64,000 bases of DNA from the human T2T-CHM13v2.0 reference genome, Homo sapiens. Position 1 is the first letter of the stretch, and every line of letters starts with the position of its first letter. Position numbers and translations under genes: made by a program. The stretch is from the NCBI RefSeq assembly GCF_009914755.1, contig NC_060947.1. One strand, given 5' to 3'. Positions 27,850 through 41,938 of this stretch are shown here, in pieces. The notes under the pieces were generated by a model that saw only the letters and a program-made list of their open reading frames with translations, ran no database searches and was not told the origin of the DNA.

Positions 27850-30158
27850 TGATATGGTTTGGCTCTGTGTCCCCACCCAAATCTCATCTTGAATTATACT
27901 CCCATAATTCCCACATGTTGTGAGAGGTACCCAGTGGGAGATAAATGAATCATGAGGGCGGTTTCCCCCATATTGTTCTCATGGTAGTGAAAAAGTCTCA
28001 CGAGATCTGATGGTTTTATTAGGGGTTTCCACTTTTGCATCTTCCTTATTCTCTCTTTGCCTGCTGCCATCCGTGTAAGACAGCACTTGCTCCTCCTTGC
28101 CTTCCACCATGATTGTGAGGCTTCGCCAGCCATGTGGAACTGTAAGTCCAATTAAACCTCTTTTTTTTTTTTTTTTGGAAATTGCCCAGTCTCAGGTATG
28201 TCTTTATCAGAAGTGTGAAAACGGACTAATACAATAAATTGGTATCAGTAGAGTGAGGCATTGCTGAAAAGATACCCAAAAATGTGGAAGCAACTTTAGA
28301 ACTGGGTAACAGGCAGAGGTTGGAACAGTTTGAGGGGTCAGAAGAAGACAGGAAAATGTGGGAAAATTTGGGACGCTAGGCCTAGAGACTTGTTGAACGG
28401 CTTTGAGAAAAATGCTGATAGTGATATGAACAATAAGGTCCAGGCTGAGGTGGTTTCAGATGGAGATGAGGAAGTTGTTGGGAACTGGAGCAAAGGTGAC
28501 TCTTGTTACGTTTCAGCAAACAAACTCGCAGCATTTTACCCCTGCCCCAGAGATCTGTGGAACTTTGAACTTAAGAGCAATGATTTAGGGTATCTGGTGG
28601 AAGAAATTTCTAAGCAGCAAAGCATTCAAGAGGTGACTTGCGTGCTGTTAAAGGCATTCAGTTTAATAAGGGAAGCAAAGCATAAAACTTCGGAAAATTT
28701 GCAGCCTGACAATGTGATAGAAAGGAAGATCCCATTTTCTGAGGAGAAATTCAAGCTGGCTGCAGAAATTTGCATAACTAATGAGGAGCCAAATGTTAAT
28801 CCCCAAGACAATGGGAAAAATGTGTCCAGGGCATGTCAGAGGTCTTCATGGCAGCCCCTCCCATCACAGGCCTGGGGGCCTAGGACAAAATGGTTTCCTG
28901 GGCCAGGCCCGGGGTCCCTGTGTTCTGTGCAGTCTAGGGACTTGGTGCCCTGCGTCCCAGCCACTCCAGCTGTGATTAAAAGGGGCCAAGGTACTGCTTG
29001 GACTGTTGCTTCAAAGGGTGGAAGCCACAGGCCTTGGCAGCGGCCACGTGCTGTTGCGTCTGTGGGTGCACAGAAGTCAAGAATTGAGGTTTGGGAACCT
29101 CCACCTAGATTTCATAATATGTATAGAAATGCCTGGATGCACAGGCAAAAGTTTGCTGCAGGGGTGGGGTCCTCATGGATAACCTCTGCTAGGGCAATGT
29201 GGAAGAGAAATGTTAGGTTGGAGCCCCCACACAGAGTCCATACTGGGGCACCGCCTAGTGGAGCTGTGAGAAGAGGGCCACCGTCTTCCACACCCCAGAA
29301 AGGTAGATCCACTGACAGATTGCACCATGCACCTGGAAAAGCTGAAGACACTCAATGCCAGCCCATGAAAGCAGCCAGGAAGGAGGCTGTACCCTGCAAA
29401 GCCACACAGTACAGCCTCAGCGTGACCTGGATGTGGGACATGGAGTCAAAGGAGATCATTGTGAAGCTTTAAGATTTGACCGCCCCACCAGATTTTGGAC
29501 TTGCATGGGCCCTGTAGCCCTTTTGTTTTGGCCAATTTCTCCCATTTGGAATGATTGTATTTACCCAATGTCTGTATCCCCATTGTATCTAGGAAATAAC
29601 TAGCTTGCTTTTGATTTTACAGGCTTATAGACAGAATGGACTTGCCTTGTCTCAGATGACACGTTGGACTGTGGAGTTTTGAGTTAATGCTGAAATGAGT
29701 TAAGACTTTGTGGAACTGTTTAGAAGGCATGATTGGTTTTGAAATGTGATGACATGAGATTTGGCAGGGGCCAGGATGGAATGATATGGTTTGGCTCGGT
29801 GACCCCACACAAATCTCAACTCGAATTGTACTCCCATAATTCCCACGTGTTGTGGGAGTGACCCAGTGGGAGATAATTGAATCAAGAGGGCAGTTTACCC
29901 CATACTGTTTTTGTGGTAGTGACTAAGTCTCACAAGATCTGATGGTTTTATCAGGGGTTTCCGCTTTTGCATCTTCTTCATTCTCACTTTGCCTGCTGCC
30001 ATCCATGTAAGATGGGACTTGCTCCTCCTTGCCTTCCACCATGACTATGAGGCTTTCCCAGCTACGTGGAACTGTAAAGTCCAATTAAACCTCTTTCTTT
30101 TGTAAATTGCCCAGTCTCAGGTATGTCTTTATCAGCAATGTGAAAACGGACAAATACA
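27850..30158 (+). mobile_element. Complete THE1A MaLR provirus (5'LTR 27850-28233, internal 28234-29781, 3'LTR 29782-30158)
   Basis: Two direct LTRs tgatatggtttggctc...aataca, purine tract before the 3'LTR, TSD gaggc/gaagc. Confidence 0.96.
28426..29472 (+). pseudogene. THE1 internal (MaLR) ORF remnant, 348 codons open from first ATG
   Basis: Stop-free frame 28330-29472 (TTG start in ORF track; first ATG 28426), MNNKVQAEVVSDGDEE...NWSKGDSCY typical of THE1-int. Confidence 0.75.
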
Positions 30159-30189
30159 GAAGCCATCTCTCCACTTCCCCACCACTTCA

Positions 30190-30316
30190 ATTACTAGGTA
30201 AGTGACCGAACCTCTTTCTGCCTCCATTTCCTAAAATAAAACCCACATACAACACTAATAGCAACAAGCAAATAATAGCACCAATTTCCTAAGCCTATTG
30301 TGAAGGTTGAATAAAA
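30190..30316 (+). mobile_element. MIR fragment
   Basis: ggtaagtgaccgaacctctttctgcctccatttcct...tattgtgaaggttgaata. Confidence 0.5.
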
Positions 30317-30567
30317 AGAAAGCAAACAAATAAATAGCCTAGCCTACTATATATTAAACTTAATTTATATTTTCCTATAACTATTTGTCATTGGCAACAA
30401 ATGGTAGAGATAATAAATCAGTCGCATATATCTCACCAGAAGAAAAACATTTCAAAATACCTGACTTGCTTAACAGTGATACAGTAGTCATTATCTTCAC
30501 TTCCAAAACATAGTCTTATTTCACTGGAGAAAGGGAAATACCAGTTTCAGTTTCAATTATGACTTAA

Positions 30568-30861
<294 letters not shown>

Positions 30862-31640
30862 ATATATATATTTTTTATATTGCTTGACCATGATTTTTTA
30901 TTTTGGTTTAAATGTATGAAATTCCATTTCATAGATTCTCAGGACTGAAAGAGAACTTAAGTGTTATTTATATGCAACTCATCTTTGTATTTTTCATAAA
31001 ACTAGGGAAATTCAGACCATTCTTTAATACAAATCTTGAACAGTTTTATCGACCTGAATGCATTTTGACAGATATGGCAATGCCAGTGCACCTCTGGAAA
31101 GTAAGCTTCGGTGGCCTCAGTTCTCTTAGTTCTGCAATTCATTAAAATTCCTCTTTATCCGCAGCTGGATTTAATGTGGAATGAACCTAATTTTATAAAA
31201 CTAACAACCATGCCACAGTCACTCTGCATGGCTGACAGTATATACATATTTGTAATTTGGCTTATCCAGTGAGAACATAAACTATATAATGCTATGGGAA
31301 TAGCAAACTAGATGCAGTTTTATGAACACACCTTCCCTTGAGCCTCCCTGGTCCTACACATTTTGTTTTATCTCTGCTAAAATGATCTACAGCCCTACCC
31401 CGTCCCAACTATTCCCCTGACAATTCTCTAAAGTCTTTCAAGCCCCACCAGACTCTCTCAGGCCAAGTGAAGTGTGCTCCTTCTGAACATTCATTGTACT
31501 TTCTATATCTTTAGATATATTGCTAGTGGTGTATAGACTAAATAGACTGTGTCGTTAACTGATTACATGTCTATATCCTCCTTAAGAAGTGATCTCTTGG
31601 GGTATCAGGTTATCTTTGTGTCTTAACACCTAGTACAATG

Positions 31641-32688
31641 TGAAGGAAACCAGAGTATGCCACCCCAAAATATACTTCTTTGGCATATTTCAAGATGGCT
31701 GTTTAGAGGGGCTGCAGACAGGAAATAGTTTTGAAGAGCTATCCTTTGTGGAGGAAATTTGCATCTGCAGAACCATTTCTACATTATCAAAGTGGATGCA
31801 AACAGGCTTTCTCTGAGATTCCCTTATTTGCTGATATAGATTGGATACTTGTCCCCCACCCAAAATCTCATGTTGATTGGATACTTGTCCCCCACCCCAA
31901 ATCTCATGTTGAAATGTAATACCTAATGTTGGAGGTGGGGCCTGGTGGGAGGTGTTGGGGTCATGGGGGCAGATCCCTCATGACTTGGTGCTGTCCTCGT
32001 GGTAGTGAATTCTTGAGAGATCTGGTTGTTTAAAGTGTATGGCACCTCCCCTACCCACTCTCTCTTGCTCCTGCTCCCACCATGTGATATGCAAGCTCCC
32101 TCTTTGCCTTCAGCCATGAGTAAAACCTCACTGCGGACTCCCCAGAAGCTGAGCAGATGTCAGCACCATGCTTCCTGTACAGCCTGAGGAACCATAAGCC
32201 AATCAAACCTCTTTTCTTTATAAATTACCCAGTCTCAGGTATTTCTTTACAGCAAAGCAAGAACAGCCTAATACATTTGCCTTTTCCAGATCTAGGAAAC
32301 ATTTACTCACAGGAAAATGACATTAAAAGTCTGACACTTTTAAAGTTCTGACAGAGAAACTTTTACTACAGGCTACCATCTATTCTTTCTAAGGGCTGTT
32401 TCCTGTGAAGTTTCATTTGGATAATATGACAGCTTTTGCTCACCATGCCTTTCCTCCCTTCTCCCTCCCATAACCTGTCGCTATACTTCAAGCCTGTATT
32501 CCTTTCTATGTAGTATAAAAACCTCACTCATCTGGCTCTTCCTTGAGTCTCATATTTGCAGAACTCTCATGTCCATATACATGTTAATGAATTTGTATGC
32601 CTTTTCTCCTGTCCATCTACTGTCAGCTTATTTCTCAGACTCAAACGTCAAACCTCAGCAGGGAGGGAAAACGCCTTTTGCCCCTACA
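31641..32688 (+). mobile_element. ERV1 MER34-like solo LTR
   Basis: tgaagg...cccctaca termini, perfect 4-bp TSD AATG, tataaaa at ~32514. Confidence 0.85.
31832..32275 (+). mobile_element. MST (MSTB-like) MaLR solo LTR
   Basis: tgatatagattgg...cctaataca, perfect 5-bp TSD TTTGC. Confidence 0.92.
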
Positions 32689-32879
32689 AATGCATGGCAT
32701 ATTGTAAGTGCTTAATGTAGGTTTTATGAGTGAGGGAAAGAATGAATGAATTGATAGAATCAAAGTCACTTTCCATTTCAGTTGTTGTCACTTTGTTCTC
32801 TGCCATTGCCTTCACCCAAAATTCTGGGCTCTGACAGTAAGGAAACTGGGAATAGGGAAGGTGTATGTCTAAAAAACTA

Positions 32880-33113
<234 letters not shown>

Positions 33114-34099
33114 TCACTAAGTGAGTAAGAGCGTCTCCACATACAGCCCTAATATTTAAAGTGTGCGAAGAGATCCCCTGGCACTTTCCATGACAGATCT
33201 CTTTAGCAATAAAGATGTTTATCATTGACATGGGAATTATTTATATTTGAATACTCCATCAGAATAGGAACCAAAAATTCACTGTCCCCTTGCTGTAGTC
33301 CTGTCACAACATATGCAGGAAAACAAAAAGGACAAAGAAATAACTACTGTTTTCTTCTTGGTTAAATATATTTTCACTCTTGGTTTATCTTATCAAAATC
33401 AGAATTCTCTCTGTGTAATGAGGAACATGCCATTAAGTTCCTGTAAAGCTGAGGAAGGGTTTCATGCTACAATGACTTCTTCAGTCATCACTAGCTGCTG
33501 ACAGTGAATACCAACAAATTCAGAGGCACAATGGAAGGGACATTGATGTAGCAAGCTAGAAAGATAACTTTAATTGCTGTGAGGTTTCATACTGATTGTC
33601 AGAAAAATCAAGATTCCCAGCTGATTGAAGAGCAGATTCTGCAATTTCAATAATAAAACTTCTCTACCATTGGAAGCTATTCACAGTGTCACCTTTATTA
33701 ACTTTTTTATAAAAATAAAATCATCACGGCTGCTTTGTAAGGTAGGAAGGATAGGTAGCATTATCCCTTGGGAGAACATACTCCTCTTCCCCAAGAAACT
33801 GATGTTCGATCTTTGTAGAGGAGTTCTGGAATGTTTGTTTCAAATGTTAAAATACTCCCAGGGATTTTAAGAGGGAAATAGAAATCCACAGGACTGCTTT
33901 TAAAAATGTGATTATGTATTAAAGTCCTGGATAGTCTAGGACTGCAGGTGAAAGTGGTCTAGAGGAGGCTCATGGTAAGGCTTAAAATGTATTTAAGAGG
34001 AACTTGAGATGGAAGACAAGGCCCTAGAGGAATCAAGAGAAATAGAAGATCTAAGGGCCTGAAAATAAGACAGAGAAATGGAAGTAGCACTTGAGAAGG

Positions 34100-34536
34100 G
34101 CCTATCAAGTACCCTGGCCTGTGCTAGGTACTTTCCATACCTGTGAAAGTCTTATATACATATAAGCACTCATATATATAAAGACGCCAGTCTTTATATA
34201 CAAGCACTCATGTGTATGAAGACACCCGTCCATATACCCTCCTAAACTTCTCTTTCTCAGGTTAATCTCTCGCAGTCCACAGTTCTTTCTCAAGTGATAT
34301 GATTTCTTTATCATTCTCGGTTCTGTTTATCCTTCAATAAATACAGCTCTATTAAGCCAAGAGTTTTGTTAAAATATATAGCTCAGAACTACCAACAATG
34401 TTTCTGACCCATTCTGATCAGTTAAAGGAGGCTCATCCCCTATTCTTACAGAGAAGAAAACTGAGTGCCAGAGAAACAAAACAACTTATCAAAGCTTACA
34501 CAGCTAATAGGTGATTGATCCAGGACCCAAGATCTG
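34100..34536 (-). mobile_element. MIR interrupted by a local duplication
   Basis: ctgtgctaggtactttccatac on left; atcccctattcttacagagaagaaaactgag...cacagctaatag on right. Confidence 0.7.
34203..34437 (+). repeat. Copy 1 of ~235-bp dispersed direct repeat
   Basis: Aligns by eye at roughly 90% to 35796-36032. Confidence 0.95.
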
Positions 34537-34959
34537 AATGAAATTAAGAAGGTCTTATAATGAGCCAATGAGAATCCCTAGGACTCCAGGAAAGTGAGCC
34601 AAAGGATTTAATAATGATTATTCTTATTGATGAGTATATTTTATTGCTGAAGAGCACATGGTTAGAGCAAGGATTTAGACCTCCATGATTAAATAGTTTG
34701 GTTGCCAGTGTTCCTTAGCTTTTAATTGAGTTTAATTATTTGCCCAGTTGGTGTACAGTGGAATACAATACAGCATGGTGTCTTATAGTGAACAAGAACA
34801 GAGAAACAGAATACGGATTTAAAAAAAAAAAGAGTGGGTGGGTGCCTAGTAGTGGCACCAGGGTTTCTCTCTTTTTACGGGGAAACCTTCTCTTTTTATA
34901 TTTAACGGCTCATGGCAGCGAGGAATCTACCAGTGTGTGAGATCAGGCGTCAGAGGGCC

Positions 34960-35082
34960 ATTAGGTAAGAAATGAAGAAACAGGCACAAAGAGTTGATTT
35001 GCCTGAGATTACAACTTTAGTTTAAAATCTTTGCTGAGATTAAATTCAGAGTCTCTTGATTCCCAGTCCTGTGTTTATTTCA
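34960..35082 (-). mobile_element. MIR fragment
   Basis: aatgaagaaacaggcacaaagagttgatttgcctgag...tctcttgattcccagtcc. Confidence 0.6.
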
Positions 35083-35795
35083 GGATTTGGTTTCCTACCC
35101 TCTCATTCACCTCTATGTATAGAGGTATTAAAGAGAAATATATTTTTCACTCATAGGCAGGGAGCTAGCTTTGCATCTGAGCCTGTCTAACGTAAGTTTG
35201 ATCATTGTATTATTTTCCATTAAAGTTTTTGAAAAGGGCAGCTCCCGACCTCCTGCTCCTGCCAGAGGAATGTCTGATGATATATTATGAAAACAACATT
35301 CCATTGATTGGGAAACAGGCTCTCGGTGAATTTCTTTGGAGAAGAAGCCAGAATGATAAGAAATCCTCAAGGAATGTAGGATAGAAGTCATCCATTTTTT
35401 GAAAAGAACAGATATCACTATTTGCTGTTCACTGGCATTTCATATATTTGTTTGACAGAGTAAAGAGAGGGCATACAAACGAAAGGTCATTTTAAAACAA
35501 TGAATAGTTTTGCAAGAATTACATTCAGAATTTGGATACTTTTAAAAACACAGTAAAGGCCAAGTTATTGCCCTCAAGGAGATAAGCATCTAGGAGGAGA
35601 GAAAAATGCAGCCCCTCTTGGGATTTGTGACTTGGGCTTGTTCTTACGTCACAAGTTATCACAGTCCCATTTTTGAGCAGTTCTTGTTATTAAGTATTCA
35701 TTCTACTGATGTGAAATCTATACATAATTTGGATCTATAGCTGACTTCTTTTCTCTGGATGTATGCGAAATATTTTATCCCTCATTTGCATTTAC

Positions 35796-36400
<605 letters not shown>

Positions 36401-36552
36401 TAAATGAGCTTAGAGTAATTCTAATATTCAATTTTTTCCACATATACTGGTAAAAGAATATGTACATTTCATTATTTAAACCTAAGGGCAGGACTTTATA
36501 TTTATCTCTATAGCATTTAATTTTCTTGATCTCACAAAGTGTTAGTTAAGCT

Positions 36553-37127
36553 TGAGGGAAATCAAAATATTTTACCCCAAAATATACTTCTTTGACATAT
36601 TTTGAGATGGCTGTTCAGAGAGCACCAAAAAAAAATACCCCTGCAAAGCTGCAAAGCTGTCTTTTGTTGAGGAGATTTGTATCTGTATAGAATCTGCATT
36701 GAGGCAGCCACGGTTTCTCTGAGGCCTTCCCTTGTCCAGATCTAGGAAAGATGAGAGTCTGATACTTTTAAAGGCTTGAAAGAAACACTTACCTCCTATT
36801 CTCTCTGAGGGCTGCCACCTGTGAGGTTTCATCTACATAACAAGACCACCTTTGCTAGCCTGGCCTCCTCTTCTTTCCTTCTCATAACCTGTCTTGACGC
36901 TATAACCTGTTTTGGGCCATGCTCTGGGCCTCTATTCTTTCCGTAACCTCAAGATGGTAAGTATATAAGCTTCTGCACCCCATTGAGGGGTTAGGGTAAA
37001 AAACTCTGGTTCTCTTCCACATGTATGGTAGTAATTTTGTATGCCATTTCTCCTATGAATCTTTTGTGAGTCGATTTTTCAGCAAACCTTCAGAGGGTGA
37101 AGGGGATGCATTCCCTTGGCCCTTACA
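36553..37127 (+). mobile_element. ERV1 MER34/MER39-like solo LTR
   Basis: tgagggaaatcaaaatattttaccccaaaatat...ggcccttaca; similar to LTR at 31641; gtatataagc TATA. Confidence 0.85.
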
Positions 37128-37780
37128 GCTCTTTATGGATGCAAAGAGATGGCCAAACTAAAATAATAGAGACAGATGTAGGTTACCTTAATAACTGGTG
37201 GTATTTTATAAAGGCGCGTGAGCAAGTAAGGGAGAAAAGAAACTGTCTAGTTGCTGCAGTGGCATTAGTGACTGAAGTCCAGTGAACATCTCACAAGTGA
37301 ATGTCTACTGTTCTCTATAATAGTGCTTCAATGTAATAGTGACTCAGCTCTTCTCTGCCTCTGCTTCCACTGCTCCTGAGGCTCCTGCTTTCCCTCTACT
37401 CCCACATTTAGACTCGTTACAAACAATGGAGAATCTTATTGGTTCAGCAAATCAAATATTTTAGAGAATCTTTATTAGTTCATATTATGATCCAGCCTCC
37501 CTCACAGATTGCTGTCCAATTTTTAGATTGCTGCCTTTGTTTCAGATGTCAGTATCAGGTCAAACCTGCTGTGGTTTAGTGTAGCAAGCCCATGAGTTAC
37601 AAATTATGGCAATATAATTTCACAGGGAAAGGCTCAGAAAGAAGCTACTGGCCTGGCAGGCTTCAATACTTTGACTCATTTTTGTCTAATTAAACAACCC
37701 AGCACACATAAAAGCTGAAATCTCTGTTAATTTTAATGGTTCTCTATTTTGCTTTTCTGTCATTCAAAATCATCTTTTTT

Positions 37781-38275
37781 TGTTATTTTAGTCAGGGATC
37801 ATTTGGTAACAAGGAACAAAAACACAACCAAACTAATTTAAGTGAGTTTAATCAAAAGGGAAAATTTATGGAAAGGATATAGGATTATCTCACAGAGAAT
37901 TAAGAATAGAAAGTGAACCTATACGTTATGACTTTCCCAAACTGGAAAGCTACCAGAAACCATCTCTCATCTGTTTTTATTTTCTCTCTCTCTCTTTTCA
38001 GACTGGCTCCATTTATACATGGACCCTAATAACAGACCAAAAATAATGTGTTCAGTACCATTCCAAATTAATATCTATAGCTAAATGATGCAGCTGCTTC
38101 AGACTTCTGATTTATCCAGCCCAGTCATTGGATTGATTTCTCCTGAATCAGGTCCAGTTATCTGTGGTAAGAAAGTGGTGAGGTCTCAGAATATAAACAT
38201 GGCGGCCAGGAGCCATCCTTGGGGGGAGAGTAGTTCTCAGAGAACAGGGAGAATTCCAAGATCCACCAAATACAT
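37781..38275 (-). mobile_element. Old MLT1-type LTR (degenerate)
   Basis: tttagtcagggatcatttggtaacaaggaacaaaaacacaacc end motif of MLT1K-like elements. Confidence 0.45.
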
Positions 38276-38324
38276 CTTGCCCTTTTCAGCTTAAAGAATA
38301 TTTTTCTTGACATTTCACCACTGC

Positions 38325-39040
38325 AGATTTACAAATGGTAATTAAGCACATGAAAAGATGATAAACATCATTAGTGATTAAGGAAATGCAAATTAAAACC
38401 CACAAACTCACACCTATCAGAATAAGGGACGTCTTGGTGAGTATGTAGAGCAAAATAATACAGCTGCTTTAGAAAACAGTTTAATAGTTTCTGATAAAGT
38501 TAAATATACGCTTCATAAATAGATATGAAGACATGTCCTCAGGAAAAAACCTATACATGAATATATATAGCACCTTAATTCATAATCACCAAAGTAGAAA
38601 TAACCCCAAATATACACTAATTGGTGACTGGCTGAGCAACATGTGGCATGTTTAAAAAATGGAATGCTATTCAGTAATAAAAAGGAAGAACCTACTGTAA
38701 TAAGAAAACCATGGATCAATCTCAAAAGCATTACACTAAGTGCAACAAGCCAGATTAAAAAGGCTACATGTTATAATTCGTTTTTACAATGATCTGAAGA
38801 AAGCAAAACCATAGGGATAGAGAACAGATCAGTGTTTGCTAAGAGCTTGGGATAGTGGATGGAACTGACTACAAACACGCAAAAGAAAATCTTTTGAAGT
38901 GATAGAAATATCCTATATCTTGATTGTAGTGATGGTCATTTAACCTTACCCATTTTTCACAGTTCACAGAACTGTACACCGAAAAAGTTAGAATCTTATT
39001 CCATGTAAATTTTGCCTTGATAAACCTGATATAAGAAAAA
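38325..39040 (+). mobile_element. Old L1M 3' end
   Basis: aagcacatgaaaagatg...gaaatgcaaattaaaacc...atcttgattgtagtgatgg. Confidence 0.85.
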
Positions 39041-39350
39041 TATGATTTTCCTTGACAAGGAAGTCAGAAAGAAAGAAAAATACAGTGTTTATTCTTGCAG
39101 ATTAATAGAATGTCAGTTCGTTTAATATCATTATGCAAAGGGGATTGTAATCAGGCTTCACAGTTTCAGCTGCGATCTCTCTGCTGGCCTCAAACATGTA
39201 AACAACCCACTAGATACCCAAACTTTCAGATTTCTACCACAACTATTTCTTTGTTCATTCAACACTTAAGCACATACTAGAAATATCATGAGTATTAGAT
39301 TGTTCACTAGCTCTAACTTGGACAAGGGCTGTACCTGTGTCTTCTGTTTC

Positions 39351-39629
39351 TTCTTTTTTTTTAAGAGATGAGGGTCTCGTTGCAGTGGCGTGCATGATCA
39401 TAGCTCACTGCAGCCTTGAATTCCTGGGTGATCAACAGTATTCCTGCTTCAGTCTCCCAAGTAGCTGGGACTGCAGGCACACCCCACCACACCCAGGTAA
39501 CTTTGTTTTGGTTTGTAGAGACGGGGGTCTCACTTTGTTGCCCAGGCTGGTCTTTCCTGGCTTCAAACAATTCACTCACTTTGGCCTCCCAAACTGCTGG
39601 GATTACAGGAATGAGCCACTGTGCCTGGC
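39351..39629 (-). mobile_element. AluJ
   Basis: atcatagctcactgcagcc J diagnostic; TSD tcttctgttt. Confidence 0.9.
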
Positions 39630-40950
39630 TCTTCTGTTTTTTCTAATGCTGACCTTGTACTTACCTACTCTCATATCCAATCTCAGCAACTCATTCTTCC
39701 TTTAGCCATTTTATCTCCCATGAACAGGATATAGAAAGAACCCTACTTTAAGATTAGAGCAAAAGTGCAAAGTAAATATAAGGGTTAGAGAAATAATAAA
39801 TAAAGGTTTTTCCCAGCACCTCATTTACCTAATAAAATAAGGGTAATTGATGGTGATTTTTTTGGTAAAATATGTTTTCATATCTAATTATATCATATTC
39901 ACTTCTGAAGGAGATTTTTTTTTTTTTACTGTCTATGGAATCCAATACAAACAATATTGCTCTGAGTTCTAGAACCAAGCACTACTAATGCATTTGCTGT
40001 TTTTAATGTTTGCTTTCTTTTTAGTCCTTATTCTTGTGGGAGGCAGTATGTACTAAAATGTATTTACTTTTTTTGAATAACTGCTTCTACTCTCTTGAAA
40101 TTTTCAATTTCACAATTTACAATAAATGTAAGCAGCTCCTTGTAACAAATTCCTTCTTTTGGAAAACAAACCCATATGTGCAAAAGCTATTTTAAAAAGA
40201 CATTAAAATGTTATTAGGTGAACATTTTATGTTTATGAACTGAAATGATAATTATCTATACTCTATTTCCTGCACTGACATTTAGCATTGTTGAGCTTGA
40301 TGGTATTGAGTTTATTTACTTTCAAAACTCCATAATAGAGAAGGCTTTAGCAACATTTTAAAAAAGAAGAAAATGAAATAGCAAATGTAATGTAATTTAT
40401 AGGTACTATTCTATTGGCAATAACCTGTTTGTCTTTTGATATATTTTCTCATACAAAAGCAAACATCTGGATATCCAGGTAAGCAGAAGATAATAACTAG
40501 TTAAATAATGAATTAGAATCTATTTATACTTCAAATAAATAACTTGATTATTTAGCTAGCAGATTATGCCTTTACTAGCTTTATTAGGAGCCATTGATAA
40601 TGATTTTTACGTGCATTTTCACAAATGAGATGTAATTTCTTTCATAAGAAAAATGCACACTTTAAAAGGAACCCGTTTGCAAAAGTTGAGTGCCAAACCT
40701 GCTATCACTTACTTAGAGAATAGGAATTTGCTAAATATGATATTATGATGGTGATGAATAAAGTATGACAACTAGATCATGGCCTTGGAAAATGAAAAAT
40801 AAATCAAAAGTTAATTTGTGAATTAACTAGTTGTTCTCTGCATGTTGCAGATATTCCTATTTCTCCCATTAAAATAAGATCATCTGTAGTTTCAGCATAC
40901 CCCATAGCAATGCCTACTAGCTGGAGGCTGAACACAGAATGTGTGCTTAG

Positions 40951-41060
40951 TTCATTCATTCATTCTCTCAAAATATTTATTGGACACTCACTATGTGCTA
41001 GATGCTAGAGATAAAGCACTGAAGAAACAGTCCATGTTTTGATGCGGCTTACATTTAGCA
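40951..41060 (-). mobile_element. L2 3' end
   Basis: ttcattcattcattc...tatttattggacactcactatgtgctag. Confidence 0.75.
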
Positions 41061-41099
41061 AATGCACTTAACTGAACCACTGTTTTTCTCCTTAATTAT

Positions 41100-41830
41100 T
41101 ATAAAGTGAACACTAGTAACCAGCACTCAAATCAAAAATAAAATATTGCCAGAACTCTGAACATCTTCTCAGTCACAAACCCTTCTATGTCCAGCTCCAA
41201 AGATAGCCACAAAGTTGACTTTTATAGAAGTCATGATCTTGCCTTTCTTTATACTTTGATTATAAAGTTATATACAGTTAAGCATCATGGTTTATGTTTG
41301 CTTACTTGTGAAATTTATATAAATTGAATCATTCAGTATTAGATTTTGTGCCTGGCCTCCTTCATTCAATTTTATGTTTGTTACGTGTGTGAATATAGAT
41401 TATTTTTGTTGCTATTGAGTATGATTCAGTATTTTTAAATGACTATGCCTTTCTTGGCTTAACTTTTGTCAATATAAAATTAATCCATGTATATTTCTTA
41501 TTTTTTCCATGATAGGTGCATTTTACCTACTCTAGAACTTCACATAAATATAATCATAGAGCTATATTCTAGCTAATTTCTAGAATAGGTAAAATGCACT
41601 CTTTCGTATCCGGTTTTTCCCCTCAAAATAATTCTTTTTGAAATTTATTCATGATCTGGTATGTGTTAGTAGTTCACACTTTTTAGAAAAAACTTGATTT
41701 CTGAAAGTACCTAATAGTAGCTCATAGGCCACTGGGGCTCTGTTCATTATTTTTCAGTTTTTATTTTCCCTCTGTTCTTCAGATTGGATAATTTTTATTG
41801 ATGCATCTTCAGTTTGAACAACATTCTTAT
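41100..41830 (-). mobile_element. Old L1M fragments
   Basis: aaattgaatcattcagtat, tctagaacttcacataaatataatcatag, tgttcttcagattggataattttt. Confidence 0.55.
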
Positions 41831-41938
41831 CTGTTTGACTAACTTAATAATTCAAATTAGAAACATTAGAAGTGAATTTACACACATTGGTTTAATATGA
41901 GAAAATTTACATGTTTTAGAAGGTAATCATTTTGATAT

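Larger units (their letters stand above)
31435..32754 (+). mobile_element. L2 3' end split by an LTR insertion
   Basis: cacctagtacaatg|...|aatgcatggcatattgtaagtgcttaat...gaatgaatgaa. Confidence 0.7.

Noticed and set aside
34148-34237. ~40-bp repeated units as a CRISPR-like array
   Set aside because: Only 2-3 imperfect tandem units, no unique spacers, eukaryotic context; explained by the duplication junction.
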